Positions 50,501 through 64,000 of a stretch of DNA of 64,000 nt are shown here, piece after piece. Below the pieces are notes generated by a model. That model worked only from the letters and a program-made list of their open reading frames with translations, did not search any database and was not told where the DNA came from. Made by a program: the position numbers and the translations under genes. This DNA comes from Antedon mediterranea (lineage: Eukaryota; Animalia; Echinodermata): NCBI RefSeq assembly GCF_964355755.1, contig NC_092673.1, forward strand, positions 11,814,948-11,878,947. Direction: 5' to 3'. The stretch's first letter is position 1. Every line of letters starts with the position of its first letter.

Positions 50501-50848
50501 ATGGCTGAGTATCACAACTTGTACTCGCTTTAATAATATCATTCTTTATAAAAACTTTCTGGTATTCAAATTCTTCAATATATAATTATCCTTATTTTGT
50601 AGAATATTTATAAACTTAAAAGTTTCAGCACATAATTTTCAAAAAAGTATACAACATTAATGTTCGTTACAGACATTAACAAGTATTAAACAGGCCTATG
50701 TTAGTTCATCTCAGGCAAATAAAAACATTGTTAACGAAGAACAGAAGTATGACAGATATATTGATCGATTTAATCATTTCAGAGTTTTCCTTAAATTTGC
50801 TATCTTGGTTGAGAAAATTTGATACTTATTATACAATTATATAATGAA

Positions 50849-51225
50849 TTATTCTGCTGCATTGAAATACGAATCCTGCATTGAATACAATTTATCTATT
50901 GGATTGCTAATATTTGTATGACCTTGACTACCATCATTATTAGGAACTTGTGCGCGATTTGTCATCAGATCTTCATCGAGGGTGCCTTCTATTGGTGAAT
51001 GCATTTCCTGCTGAAACATCTCATGTTCAGGGTGTGCAGGGTACATGCTTTGCTGCATGTTATTTCCAGGATGATGTGAAATTGGTGAATCCTGAAACTG
51101 ACCAATCATTGAATTTTGCGTGAAACCTGCGAGATCAGATTGTAACATTGGATACTTCGTTTGAAGCAATTCGTCAAAACTAAAATCATCATCGTCACTT
51201 TTAAGCTCATCTTGTGAATATCCAT
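50849..51225 (-). CDS. LMX1: LMX1 terminal exon
   Basis: [14 protein letters not shown]...[19 protein letters not shown]. Confidence 0.92.
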
Positions 51226-54200
51226 CTAAAAATTTGGAAAACAACATTCTGTTTAAATGCAGGCCTACTAACAATACATTACAATCATCTATAATACGTT
51301 AATTAAAATACACTTAAAACAAACTGAAACATTGTAATAGGGAACACGATATTATATAGCATTTATTGTTGTTTAAAGTTGGCTCATATTTTATTTTGGT
51401 CGGTATAGATGATTTACTATCTGATTTACTATCCTGCATATATTTTCGGATGTGCAGAGTGCTCACGTTTATTGTAGAAAAGCAATGTGTGTTTTATGTT
51501 TGAGATATTCAAAAATCTTCTTTCTTTTCTTTATTATAGTATTTTCTCCTTCGCCCCATACAAAACATGTTGAAAAATATTGTTTCTAAACTATCCTTTC
51601 TTAAAATAAAGTTTAAAAATAGGGATATAACTAAAAGTTTAAGTTGTAAAAAATAAAAATACTGCCAAATCTTGGTTTCTCATACTTTAATTTGTACTGT
51701 AAATACAAGGAACTTGACTCCATAATCACCTACACTCTGATTTTTTCCTAACATCACCACATTTCCATTGTTTGTGTGCTATATGTGTGCTAAGCTTGGC
51801 GAATCCAGATTTTAATATGCTGAACTTAATCTTGTGATATTTTACATTATATTTGCTAAAGTTTCAATTCTCACAATTAGTGTTCATTTCGGCATATTTC
51901 TTTTTTGTTCTTTTTCATGAAAACCCATTATTAAGGGACAATTGAATTATTGGTTAGATAAATGTAATATTGTATATATAGCCTATATACCGGAAACTAA
52001 GAAAGTGTCCAAATCAAACAAACATTGGAAATGATACTTTGCCTGTTACTACTGTTAAATTGTCATTACAATTTATTGATAAATATTTGTTATACTTGAT
52101 GACTACCGATATGAGAAGTGAATTATACTGTTTAAAAAATGAGGGACTGGTTTTACCATACCTTCATCTTTATCTTTCAAAGGTCTTCTGTTCTGATTTC
52201 TTGAATTGCGCCTTTGTCCATTACCATCACTATCACTAAGGTTCCTTCTAGCTAATTTCTTCATCTAAATACAAATGAATTATTATTTTCTAACTTTCTA
52301 ATATTTCTGAATCTGTAATAGGAAAAGCTTTATAATTGTATTTACACTACAGTTGATTAAATCACATTTGCCTTGATGTGTTTTATAGTCTACTTGGAAA
52401 AGATTGCTTTTTTTTAAAATAAAATGTGAAACCCCTTTTTAGTTTAATAGACATATTCTGAAAGTAGAGAGACAATGCTTAGCCTGGACAGCCTTGTCTT
52501 TGATATTGAAATTTAATGCTTGATTAAAAGGTTAACATATTTAAAGAGTGCTTGATGGCAACCAAAAATAGAGGTAGGTGTGGCACATTTTTAAACATTC
52601 GTAACTTTAGAACCATTATGTATTTCCAACTGAAAAAAGCAAATCAGAGATGATGACCATGGAGCACTGGTTGATTTTGCATGGAATGACCCTATACGGC
52701 TCTGAGTCGCGCTAAAATGTGTTTTCACACATTCACTCAAATAATTTTTCGCTTTCATCACAAGTTTGTGTTGTTTGAAATAAAAAGATCTTTCAAGTAT
52801 TAAGATGAAAAAGTTATATCTGTCTCTATAAATCCATGATTAAGCCTAAAATGGAATATGATGGATTCCAGGGTTCCAGAAAGATTTAAATTTGCTTGGA
52901 CATGTTCAACAGCGATCCACTCGATTGGTATCTGATCTGAAAGAGTCAAGATTTTTCAACTACGAACGTTGGCTTACAGAAGAAAAGAGCTGACATTATT
53001 CAATATAGATTACATAGAAAAGCGATAACTTTTACAAAGCGCGAGGTCATTGTTTAAAGTTATCAAGGTGGTCCCCACCAAGATTAGAAGAAAGGAGACA
53101 TTCTCAAGAATGATCAAGAGGGACACACGAACAACGTAGTTCGCAAAGTGTAGTTGAGAATTGGAACTCATTTCCGCAAGATGTTGTTTGCGCCCCTTCC
53201 ATAAATTAAACTCTGGTTTAGAGAACAACTGGTTTGATCACCATTTAAAATTTCGCCCATTTACAAAATCAGGAGTTCTCAAGAAAGATCAAGAGGCAAA
53301 GTCCTACAGTTCAAGGTAATTCAAGAAGAAAACACGCCCAGACGCTTAATAAGTTAAAACTTAACTCAATTTCGTGCGCCAAACGGTTTCTTACCTTAGC
53401 TCTTTGATTTTGAAACCAAACTTGTACAACTCTTACACTTAGACCAGTTTCTGCAGCTAAAGACTCTCGTACCTATCAAATATATTTAGGATTAGAAATC
53501 GTAAGGTGTCATTACTACAATGCAAATAATGAAAGTAGGCCTATACGTGTATACACTGTATTTAGTGTAGGCTATTTTATCAAAAAAATTGAAAGAAAAG
53601 TTAAAAAGTTTCGGGCAAAACTAGCCCTTCCTGAGTGATATTTAAAAAAACTAACGCATCTATAATTGAAAACGTATTTTATAGGCTGCAAATATTTTTT
53701 TGATTATAATTCTTTTCGAATTAATAAAAATAGTAACTCAATTGATCCGATATTTTGATAATATAACACGTCATGTCTTCATCCCAATGCGACACTTTAC
53801 ATACAGAAGAAAATATACTTCATGATGTGTATCGGCGTACAGTAATCGGCCACTTGGACGTTAAACATTTTACCATCTACAATTTTTTCCCAGAAAATTC
53901 AAAATAGCCGGCCAGGGTTTATGATGTTATGTACACATACTGAATTTTTAAAAGAACCTAAGGCCTATCCATACCTTGCGACACGGTTTCTGTGAAATGT
54001 CGAACGACGCCCTCAATGCTCTTCGTTGTTGCGTTGTAAGTATACTCCTAGGTCTTTTTGGTATGCCCCGTCTGTCTGTATGACCATTATCGCTTACTGC
54101 ACCTGATTATACAATAAATAATTAACATTTTACAATACTTGTCGCATGTATCACATTTTTTATAATCGTCTGTTAGGGCTAGGGCTTGTCCGCTTCATAG

Positions 54201-54497
54201 TTTCTTAGGCATATACGACTATAAGCAGCTTTTTTATACCCATCTCCTACATACTATCTTGTTGCATTGTTAAACTTACCAGGAGAATTAACCTGAGTTA
54301 ATACACATTGCTTTTCAAAATCCAGTTTGCAAAATAATTGATTGTCCTTTATAACAAACTCATCGCCCTTTTTCAATTGAGTGTCGCATATGACGCAAGT
54401 GAAACACCGCAAATGGTAGACGTATGATAGAGCTCTCATGACTAGTTCATGCGATGGAATTGATTGTGTGCATGCATTGCACTTAGTTCCAAAAAGT
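50849..54497 (-). CDS. LMX1: LMX1-type LIM-homeobox transcription factor, 3' partial (exons 54497-54280, 54102-53975, 53472-53395, 52264-52162, 51225-50849)
   Basis: LIM2 [18 protein letters not shown]. Homeodomain [58 protein letters not shown]-terminal signature [14 protein letters not shown]. Exon phases are consistent. Confidence 0.95.
52162..52264 (-). CDS. LMX1: LMX1 post-homeobox exon
   Basis: [34 protein letters not shown]. Confidence 0.9.
52900..53330 (+). mobile_element. Decayed CR1 LINE 3' end in an LMX1 intron
   Basis: [15 protein letters not shown] remnant and gatcaagaggcaaag, similar to the CR1 3' UTR at 24165-24180. Confidence 0.6.
53395..53472 (-). CDS. LMX1: LMX1 homeobox exon B
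   Basis: [26 protein letters not shown]; 78 nt, phase 0/0. Confidence 0.95.
53975..54102 (-). CDS. LMX1: LMX1 homeobox exon A
   Basis: [43 protein letters not shown]. Confidence 0.94.
54280..54497 (-). CDS. LMX1: LMX1 LIM2 exon
   Basis: [23 protein letters not shown]...[22 protein letters not shown]; ttcAG acceptor and GTAAGT donor. Confidence 0.94.
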
Positions 54498-55769
54498 CTG
54501 AAAATAAATAACATGAAAATGTTTAGACTGAGTTAGCTAGGACTACATAATAACAATACACGGCCCTCAAAGACTACTTTAGCGCCGCACGCACACTCAT
54601 CCATTTATTTGATCAAAATACAAGTAAAAATGTTCATGAATAAAACAGTATTAAAAACAACATATGAAACAATGATAAAGATATGTTAGAATATTTAAAA
54701 CCGTATAATAAAACCGTATAAAAATTTTTTAAATATTTGAAAAACTGTTAAACATTCAAAAAAGATACATAAAAGAGCGAGTAAATGTTATTTCGATCAG
54801 GATTTTCCAAGAAAACCAATAACTCTGGTTTATTTCCATTGGAGTCATTGAAACGATCGGTACCGTACCGTACATTACACTGTTTTTTAAGTTTCTGTGT
54901 ATTTCCACCCTGTTCGGCCCCTAATATAAATCCTGTTATTTACTTCATACCACTGTCAGGTAGGCCTGTCCTTTTGGGTAAAGGGTAGAGGATTACTGAT
55001 AATGACCTGATGGTAGGCCTACAGGTAAAGGATTTCCCACCATTGATATGGATAGTTCACGTAATGTATTTATATTCATATAGCACATACATTTAATCAA
55101 CAATTGGAAATATAATTGTGTCAGTAAAATTTAGTATTTATAAACATTTATTACAACATTCATCAAAATGTAATGCAATTCTTTTCAGTCCTTGACTGTC
55201 GTTTTGTAATTGGCTGTATTTTTATTATACCGAATAAATAAATAATAAAAATATAAAATGAACTTTAATAATAAGTTGAAATGTTTCACATACTGTAATC
55301 TCATTATTTGGATATATATTAGTTGTACATTCACAACATTTTATTTTCAGTTAATTTAACATAGTAATTAAAACTGTAGCCTTAAATTAGGGATATTTTA
55401 TTTAACAATGTCATTTTTAAATAATGGAAATCTATTATTGCAAATAAGCATGCAGAACATTCATCATGGTTATAGGTTTTGCTTAGTTAATGATTAAGTT
55501 ACCTATAAAAAGCGTGATATTCTGGATGGGAGAGGACGAGTGTTTGCCCAGAACGAAGACTTTGTAAGTCCTGGTATTTGCCTTCTAAAAGTTTAGGAAA
55601 ACCTGAATTGTACAGGACTAGAAACCTCGGAATTTAATGATTTTCGGCGCATACTATTTTGAATTTTATTTGTTTTCGGATTCTTTATCAAAGTGTGAAT
55701 ACTTGAATCGTATTGTGTCTGAGGCTACTCCTTGCACTTAGTGGATGTGGTGCGTGGAACTTCAAATAT

Positions 55770-56320
55770 TTTCCTAGATAATTTAAGTTATGCTGATGAC
55801 ATGACCATTATGGCTCCATCTTTTTATGGGTTAAAAATATGGGTAAAATATGTGAGCATTAGGGTCTAAAACGTGATGTTATATCTATAGGCCTAACCAT
55901 GGAGAAATAATTTCTCCATGGTATAACGCATATAATCTGTTTTGTATGTTTTTTTCTCCAAAGAAGAAACATGGGAAAGTGGTATCTAATTTTATGCTAA
56001 ATAATGATATTATTATCTTATTTCAATGAAGTGACTTCTAGGACATATTTTCACGGAATAATTTAGATTCTGATTACATTAATTGCCATTATCGAGCTCT
56101 TTGCATTCGATGTAACACAAGACGTTTTAGTATGTAGGCCTATGAGAATGTTAAATGTAATTTGTTCAGGTCTTTTTGTACTAATCTATACTGCTGTATG
56201 TTATGGTGTAATCACACTGTAAAAACTCTGGAGGTGTGCTCTAACAACCGCTAATCTGTACGCAAGTGCGTATATGGTTTTAGAATAAGAGTTTTAAATA
56301 GTGATCTTTTGTACTACGAA
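55770..56320 (+). mobile_element. Highly decayed LINE RT fragment
   Basis: NLSYADDMTIMAPS at about 55780-55820 followed by broken coding remnants. Confidence 0.55.
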
Positions 56321-57369
56321 CTAACTGTTACGATCTTCAAATCTTTTCACTAAATGGAAATCCTATTTCTGAAAGATTGTCCGTTGTTGTGCCTATTATT
56401 GATATTATGCTTATGAGTACTTATTACGAGCTGTACACAGCAACGTTTAGCAGAGATGACGATACTGAGAGATTTCTTAATTACACAATCAGTAACACTT
56501 TCCAATAATCAATCAAACCTTGGTTAACTCACTGTTAGGCCGTGTAATATGCATACATTACGTAATCCAATAAGCTGTATTAAATTTGTTTTGCGACTTA
56601 AGCCAATATTATTAAGTACAGTATTCAGAAATGGTTACTTATTTAATAATAATTCAATTACATCTATTACGTTAAATCTACAGGTTTTGAGCTGTTTTTA
56701 TAATTGAATCATGCTCATTAGATTAATATACTGTAGTAATGTTTCATAAATAACATATTCATTGCACTATTTAGCCTACTTTCGACCATTTTATTTGTAA
56801 TTAAAGTTACTGTATTTTATATTTCTTTAACAAACCAATATGGTACTGTGCATATTATTCTATTTTAAACGTGCACGTTATTCAAAATATAATGCATTTC
56901 TTCCATCGGATACTTCAATACGGATTGAAAGCAAATTTGTGGTACATACGGTACTCTATCTATATATTAATGCTATTAATTTTTTTGCGTAATTTTACGT
57001 TTCTCTTCCGAAGCCGCCGAATGGTACGTGCTCACATTTGGCATACTGATGTTTATTGAGGGGCCGCACACGATAGGCTATGTCACTTTCCTGAATTTTA
57101 AGGATAACACTAAAAAAAAAGACAAAAAGTAACATTAATTTGACGTGTTTCTTGAGTTGTTACGTCACGTATGAACTACGCAACCTCCTCTCTTGTGTAC
57201 CGCCATGGCGGGATCTACAAATACCATGTCAGGCCGCCAACTTAATACAGTGTTTAGTCTCGGCAGCCAGTCAACCGTATCGAATGAAGTTGAAGTTTTA
57301 ATTAATTACACACCATGCAAATTTCTCCATGATTACACCTAGGCCTATAATATTTGAACAGAGTGATTT

Positions 57370-59160
57370 TTCGGTTTGGCTCAGTGACCAAAACGCCGTG
57401 GCCATTGAAATCAATGCTTAGTACGTTCGAGTTCGAATCCGCGATATGTGTAAATAATATCACCGCTTAAATCAAAAAATCAAAACTAGACCGCAATGTA
57501 ATAACAAAAGTAGCAAAAAAGATACCAAACTTGGAAAATAGAATTGAAAAAAAAATGTAAATGAAAAAAAAGACAAACACAAATAAAACGAATTCAAATT
57601 CAAATGGGTGTCGTGTTTCCACAAAACATACACGAAAAATACACCCAAAATTTAAAAGTTTGTGTCCGAGCGCATCATCTAATTTCGACACTTTTTTTTA
57701 TCAATGTCCGTAAGAAGCTGTAGTTTTTTTTATATTCCAATACTTCTTATTAAAATGTTTTAATCTGCCGACTGATTTACAGACTTCATGCACTGTCACT
57801 TTCTGATGCGCAACCTAGATTAATATTTACACAGCACGAAGTCCCATAGCCTGTATTGCTTTTATTTTGTAGCTTACAGATATTTTAAAGTAAGGAATAC
57901 TCCGTGTATGACAAAATCAATGGCCGTAAATTGTTGAATTTTATTCTTGACAATTTTTTTATTTTAATAGTTTGTCAGGGGCCGGGAAGAGTGCGCTTTT
58001 ATTATACCTACTGTACTCATGCCATGCGAATTATAATATAACAATAGACCGTGTCGAGTACGGGTTACTGCTAGACCACAATTTAATTGCAAATAGCAAA
58101 TAGGTAACAAATCTCCCACACAACAAATTGCAAAATATCAAACCATTGAATTTAAAAATAAATAATGTAAATGAATAAAATGAACACACACAAACAAAAC
58201 GATTCCAAATGGTTTGATACGGTATATTGTTGAACAACAACAACTTAACAATTCGTGTTTCCGCAGCAATATTCATTCGATTTATGTCAACTTTTTTATT
58301 TTATCTATATGTATCAAATATTTAATACACAACGATAATAATAATAATATAGTTTGGTATTTTATACTTTCGTTAGTGCTTTCGCGCATCATCTAATTTA
58401 CACAGCACAAATTTTCTTAAGCGTCTTTTATTTTCGTTAAATCTGAGCAGTCAAAAGTAGGCCTATCCAGTATTGCTTTCATTTTTTAGCTTACATATAA
58501 TATTTTAAAGTGTATAACAAAATCAAAGGCCGTAAATAGTTCCGAATTTTATTCTTGATACAATTTGTTTTTATTTTCATAATTTGTCAAAATAAGCCTA
58601 GGACTAGAACAGTGAGTAAAACGCCTTGATATCGATTCCTACGTTCGAGTTCGAATTCGCGAAATGTGTAAATAATAAGTATCACCGCTTAACCAGACAA
58701 CAATTTAATTATAAAAGTAGTAAAAAAAAAACTCCTACAAAAAAATTGAAAAATATCATGAAATAAAAAAATGTGTGAATGAATAAAAAATAAACACAAA
58801 CAAAACGAATCCAAATATTACGGAAAATGTATGAGCAATGTGAGGTCATTTGTATGATTTAGCTCGTGTTTTTCATTCGATTTAAGTCATTTTTTTATTT
58901 TTTTTTAATGTGACCACTAATTCTGAGCAGAATTAACTAACAAAATATCAAATAATACATAACGAAAAATCCAAATTTTTCTTTAGCGTCTTTTATTTCA
59001 TTTTTTAGCTTACAGATATTTCAAAGTGAAGGAATTTTATTTTTGACAATTTTTTTTTAAATAAGGAGGACTTTTATCGAGGAAGAGTGCGCTTTTATTA
59101 TAATTAGGCCTACTCATCCAAATGACCGTGCGGAGCATGGGTTACTGCTGGTTACTTATA
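57370..59160 (+). repeat. About three diverged tandem copies of a 500-700-bp unit, two with a tRNA-like head
   Basis: Repeated tacgttcgagttcgaat(c/t)cgcga (57422, 58639), gcgcatcatctaattt (57670, 58384) and ggaagagtgcgcttttattata (57986, 59081). Confidence 0.65.
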
Positions 59161-62100
59161 AATACTATATTAACATCAACATGGATTGATAGTTTCTTCA
59201 GGCCGGTATGCAATTTGTGTAGATAGTTATACAGTAATAATAACAATTATTATAATAATAATTATTGCTATGTATTTCATTGATTACCCACCCTAAAAAA
59301 CAATAAAAGAATAATAACCCATGGTTATTAGAAGATTTACGGTACTTGAACCTTTTAATCAGAAAGATAAGTTAAAGCTACAACTTCAGTGGTTATTCGG
59401 AGACTAACATTAATTGTTTGTAATTCAATGTATTGCAAGTCTAATAAAATTAAATAAATACGGTATATGTTTCGTGAATTTTTAATTCCATTATTTAATT
59501 TGTTTAAATATAAAAATTTATATACTATATTGTATAGAAAATTACTTAATACAATATGTTTGTAAGGAGGAATTATGTATTTCCTCCATGATTTGTGTAA
59601 GAGTTTTTGTTCTATAATATTATATCACCGAATGTGCTGTGCAACAAGCTAATCCCAATAAAGTTGCTGAAGCTCAGATTTCATCTCTCGTTTACATAGA
59701 GAATCGCATAAGGTACGATTAATTAGACACTTTCCTGTCAAATATATTGACGCTGAGTAGCAGGAAATGAGAAATTCTGCCTCCTTAGAATTCCAATTCA
59801 GCAAACACGAGAATGACTGGCAGCGTGTTGTTAGTTACGATCAAGCGGACAAATAACGCCACACAATAGACCTCAATCATGAAACAATATTATTCATGAT
59901 CACACAAAAGTCTGAAGGTTTGTGGATATTAAAAAAGACAAAAGTAACTCTAACCATAGAGAAACGTTTCGTGCTATGTGCTCTATCTAAACAAGAAGTT
60001 TTAATTCGAATACAGATATCACGTGACATGAAAATGTTGATGTGACAAGTTTATTCAGTTTTATAACATGGGTTCAAGGATATAGCCAATCAGACGCGCT
60101 GAAATGAGTCACGTGTGCGTTCTTTATGTTTTATACTATATCATGCACTGGAGTGCAAAAAGTGCGCAGCAAAAAAAAGCATAACAGCACTGCATGTATA
60201 TCGTATAGCAGATTAGGCTGTGCACGATTTAATACGAGTACGTACGAACCAGTCGTCTACAGCGCGGTCCATTAAAAAAAAACCACAAACACACCACTTG
60301 TACATCTTGCCATTTCTGGTTTTGCTAGGCTAGGTTAGACTAGGCGGTGATTTGGTCGCCGAGTAGAGTGGTAGGCCTACTTGCCGTATTCACTCAAAAA
60401 GGTAAGTAAAAATAAACCCATGTTATAAAAAAAATAATGCAGTCTAAGTTCGTACTTGGCCTATACAATATTTGTGCATGTCTCACCATTGTAAATACCC
60501 TCGAGTGCGCCGCATCTCCACTAACGCACTCTGCCTTGTGCATTATTTGTATACTAAAACATTGGTCCCAAAAGTGGTCTGTAATTGGGGGGAGACGTGA
60601 TATTGCCTACAGATATATACCTAGTTATGTTCGTGGTATAGCAATATTACTGATAGTTTGATATAAAATTAGTAATAATACATCGGTAACTCAATATTGG
60701 CAGGTAAAGATAGTAGATAATATTGAAGATGATAATACTATAATTACCATTAATTATAAAATTAAAACAAATTCATTCATTTATTCCGACGTATAGGCCT
60801 AAACAACTGTTGGAAACAAAATTATTGTTTTTTTTATTCATAATCTATGATTAACTAAACTTGCAAAAGATGCCTTCAGCACAAAGAATCTCTAAATATA
60901 TTTCATTTAAACCTGTCTATTGTTAATGAACCTCATAGTTAGTGATATAATCATTGTCGACGCTCTGTCTTTCGTGTGCCGCCTGACGAAGCATTCCCCA
61001 ACGCAAAAATTTCATTTCAAATTAAATGTTCATTAACGATGTAATAAGGACTGCATAAGTCGATGTTGTTTATCATCGGATTATGTAGGCCTATTATTAT
61101 GAAGATTCATGGCTTTTTAACCATTCAAATAATCAAATTTAAAATAGGCCTAAATGTATAGAGTCTATAGTAGAAAATAACCGAAAAGCACAATACATTT
61201 TAATAATTGTAAAAAGTTTGATTTAATCATGTTACTTGAAAACTTTTAAAATCAATATAACTAGTATAGGCATGGTTGTTTCTCGTTATATCAATAGGCC
61301 TACAGTTACAGTATATTGTAGTATTTTTGCAACCGGCATCTCTTAACTTCATAATCCACTGTGTACTACAGTATTAAATAATAATAATATGTATTTTTAA
61401 AAAAAACATCATAAACGATGAAACATAGAAACGAGGTGTGTATTCTATATTTAAATGTTTTGGTTTATAGGCCTAGCCTATATATAATTATAGGCCTATA
61501 TCTGTTTTTTATCGTACTAATATATTTGCCAATCTTAAGAAGAATTTCTATTATTATTTTATATGATAGTAGACAAATAAAGCTATTTAGTATCAGTAAG
61601 AAAATGAAAAATTGCTTTCAATACACAAAACTGCTGACTGAAAAAGCACGTGACTGTATTCTGTAAAAAATCAATATCTAATAACCGTAAAACAAACTAC
61701 TATTGGTAGAATAGCCAGTGCTAGACTCGACGTATTTAATCTGGTATCTAACGTATGTAAAGAAAGAAAGTAAAGAATCCACGTCAATATTTACTCCACT
61801 GTTTGATACAATGAAACGAGCGTTCGAAATATTATTATTATGTGTACATTCTGTCATTCTATTTTTGAGCCACATGCTGATGGATTTTATTGTTACCCAC
61901 ATTGTGTGAGTTTTTTAATCATTGCCAAAAACGCATAAGGCACAGATTGAATAGATAGCTATGAATGTTAAAAATGGTTTTTTTTATCGCTAAGAGAGAG
62001 AGAGAGATAACTGTAACCATCGGCGATTTAAATTTTAATAGAGCCGTATATTATTTGTAGCGATTTTTAATAATTTGTATTTCGTTTCCAATGTCAGTCA

Positions 62101-64000
62101 TTTTTATCATTATTCGAGTTTATGTCCGAATACATTTATTTTTTGGCATTGTGTTGTATAATGCAGTAAATAAATCCTATTGATTATTTTTGAATACTTA
62201 AAATGCCACTACCACAACTTTTACTATTCAGTTTAATAACGTTACACTGCAGATTTTTTTATGTACAATTTTAGATAATTTATTGATTACTATTGTAACA
62301 TTGATCCGACTGACATACGGATGCACGCAGATGACTTTCGACGATTATCATACAATATGGTACAAGCGGTTGGTTCAGTCCCCAAAATTACGAACAGGAC
62401 AAAACGCAAACACACACTACAATAAACGTCGGAAATCTGATAGTACGGTATTTGAGTGCGATTTTCCAGTTGGTTGCAAGTGTTAGGCTTGTCCCCATCG
62501 ATTGTCCACGCGCCGCCGTGTTTTGTATGAATGCCCTAGGCCCTCTATCGATTGTGTTTAATGTAGCAATAAGAAAAACGGGCAAGCTTGTAAGAGGAGG
62601 ACGTATTGATTGAAGACGACGGGCAGGCTACATTATCTCGACAAAATTGTAATATCATCGACGTAGCTAGCCAATTACAGCTAGTAATTTTAGACTCGTG
62701 GTTAGGAGAGTTTTTATGTGGTAGTCAATAGACAGGTTTAGGTGAAAAATTACAACCATTAACAAGTATTCATTCAATGGGTCTCGTGTAATTCATTTCC
62801 GTTGATGGGCACACACAATTTTAACTCTCTAAACTTACAATTGTTCGTTTAATTATTGAATAATACATAATAGACTTAACAGTTTAAAATGTGAATATTG
62901 TATAACACGTTAATCTAGATATGAAGTTTTCTTAATAATACACCTCTAAAAGTGTTTGTCAATTAACGAAATTATTTTGATATAGGCCTACATGAGTATT
63001 ATAAAATCAATCGGCAAGCAAATTGATCGAAATACACATTTCTAAAAAAATAATTTCAAACTTGAAAATCGTGTGTCGTGTTTAGTTGTGGTCTTTGTTA
63101 AAGAGAAAGACAGAATAATTAGTACCATAGGCCTAGACAAACTTCCCACTCCTAACAGTTAGTTTAATGTATTTTGGGTATTATATACACTTTTTCAGCC
63201 AGCCAACAAAATGGGCTATAAATATCACGCTTTTTATTGCACCTCGTACAGGTAAACCATAGCTTCAATGCGCTTCAGACAACATTCTTCAACACATAAG
63301 CAAAATGAAAACATGCTGTATTTTTGTAGAAAGAAGATTGATACAAAATTAACCATGTAAAAAACAGATATTTTCAAAAGTACGGTACATTTTTTGTTCA
63401 GTACAGTACATTGTTGCCCTGTTGTCCATATTCGAATCGTTTATATCATTTGTGCATACTCTGAAATGTTAAAAACTTAATAGCTCACAACATACTCCCA
63501 GCCCACACATCTAATTTGTACAAATCCACCAGATAGCATGAAAATTAACACGTTTTTCTATCGGTAGTGTTTACACCAAAACATTGTACATTATTACGTT
63601 TTAAAATTCTGAGAAAGTTTTCCATCATCCAGCCTAAAATGATTGATTGATTGATTGATTAATTTTAAAACCTTTTACCTACTTATGTCACATCACTACC
63701 ATATTTAAGCATAACTATTATATTTGGGCACACTTTTTTTGTCAAACTAGTTTGATAGCGCATACAAACAGAGCTGTAGAGTACCGTAGTTTTAGAATGT
63801 TAGTCAACATTAACCAATATATAATTTAAATATTCTTAATTTTTTTATGTTTCAAATGATTGCTGATTGATATACTTTATATACCATATTTTTATACATC
63901 TTTATATATCTCTATATATAATTTTAGTAATGTTGTTTGTACTTGTGTACCATACCATGTCTTATTGTTTTATGAGGGCACACTTTATTTCTGTTATTTT

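Noticed and set aside
54500-64000. LMX1 LIM1 exon and start codon
   Set aside because: I saw no Cys/His LIM pattern on the minus strand; it is presumably beyond the right edge.

Overview
AT-rich eukaryotic (animal) genomic DNA, most consistent with an invertebrate deuterostome such as an echinoderm; the taxon is inference only. Three spliced protein-coding genes can be rebuilt by hand with consistent GT-AG junctions and exon phases. (1) The 5' part of a KIF14-like kinesin-3 on the minus strand (exons 3494-3214, 2775-2521, 401-314) runs off the left edge. (2) A complete PHYHD1-like Fe(II)/2-oxoglutarate dioxygenase lies on the plus strand (9 coding exons, 21984-47579, 855 nt, 284 aa). (3) The 3' five exons of an LMX1-type LIM-homeobox gene lie on the minus strand (54497-50849), convergent with PHYHD1; I did not find its LIM1 exon in the window. 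The rest is dense, often nested transposon material: LINEs (L2-like, Rex1/Babar-like, CR1, RTE-like), Penelope and Gypsy fragments, a tRNA-derived Deu/Nin-type SINE, Helentron-associated (DINE-1-like) elements, and non-autonomous hAT-, Mutator-, Kolobok-, pogo- and Harbinger-like elements. The 920-aa ORF (11381-14143) is a chimera of two different LINE reverse transcriptases that happen to be in frame. Other notable patterns are a strong excess of short TA-N3/4-TA motifs (TAGGCCTA, TACAGTA, TACCGTA) resembling transposon excision footprints, a SINE tail matching a local L2 3' end, and a hierarchical palindromic satellite inside a hAT element next to the presumed KIF14 promoter. I found no convincing evidence of a wholly new system. 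All calls are from manual reading, without database searches.
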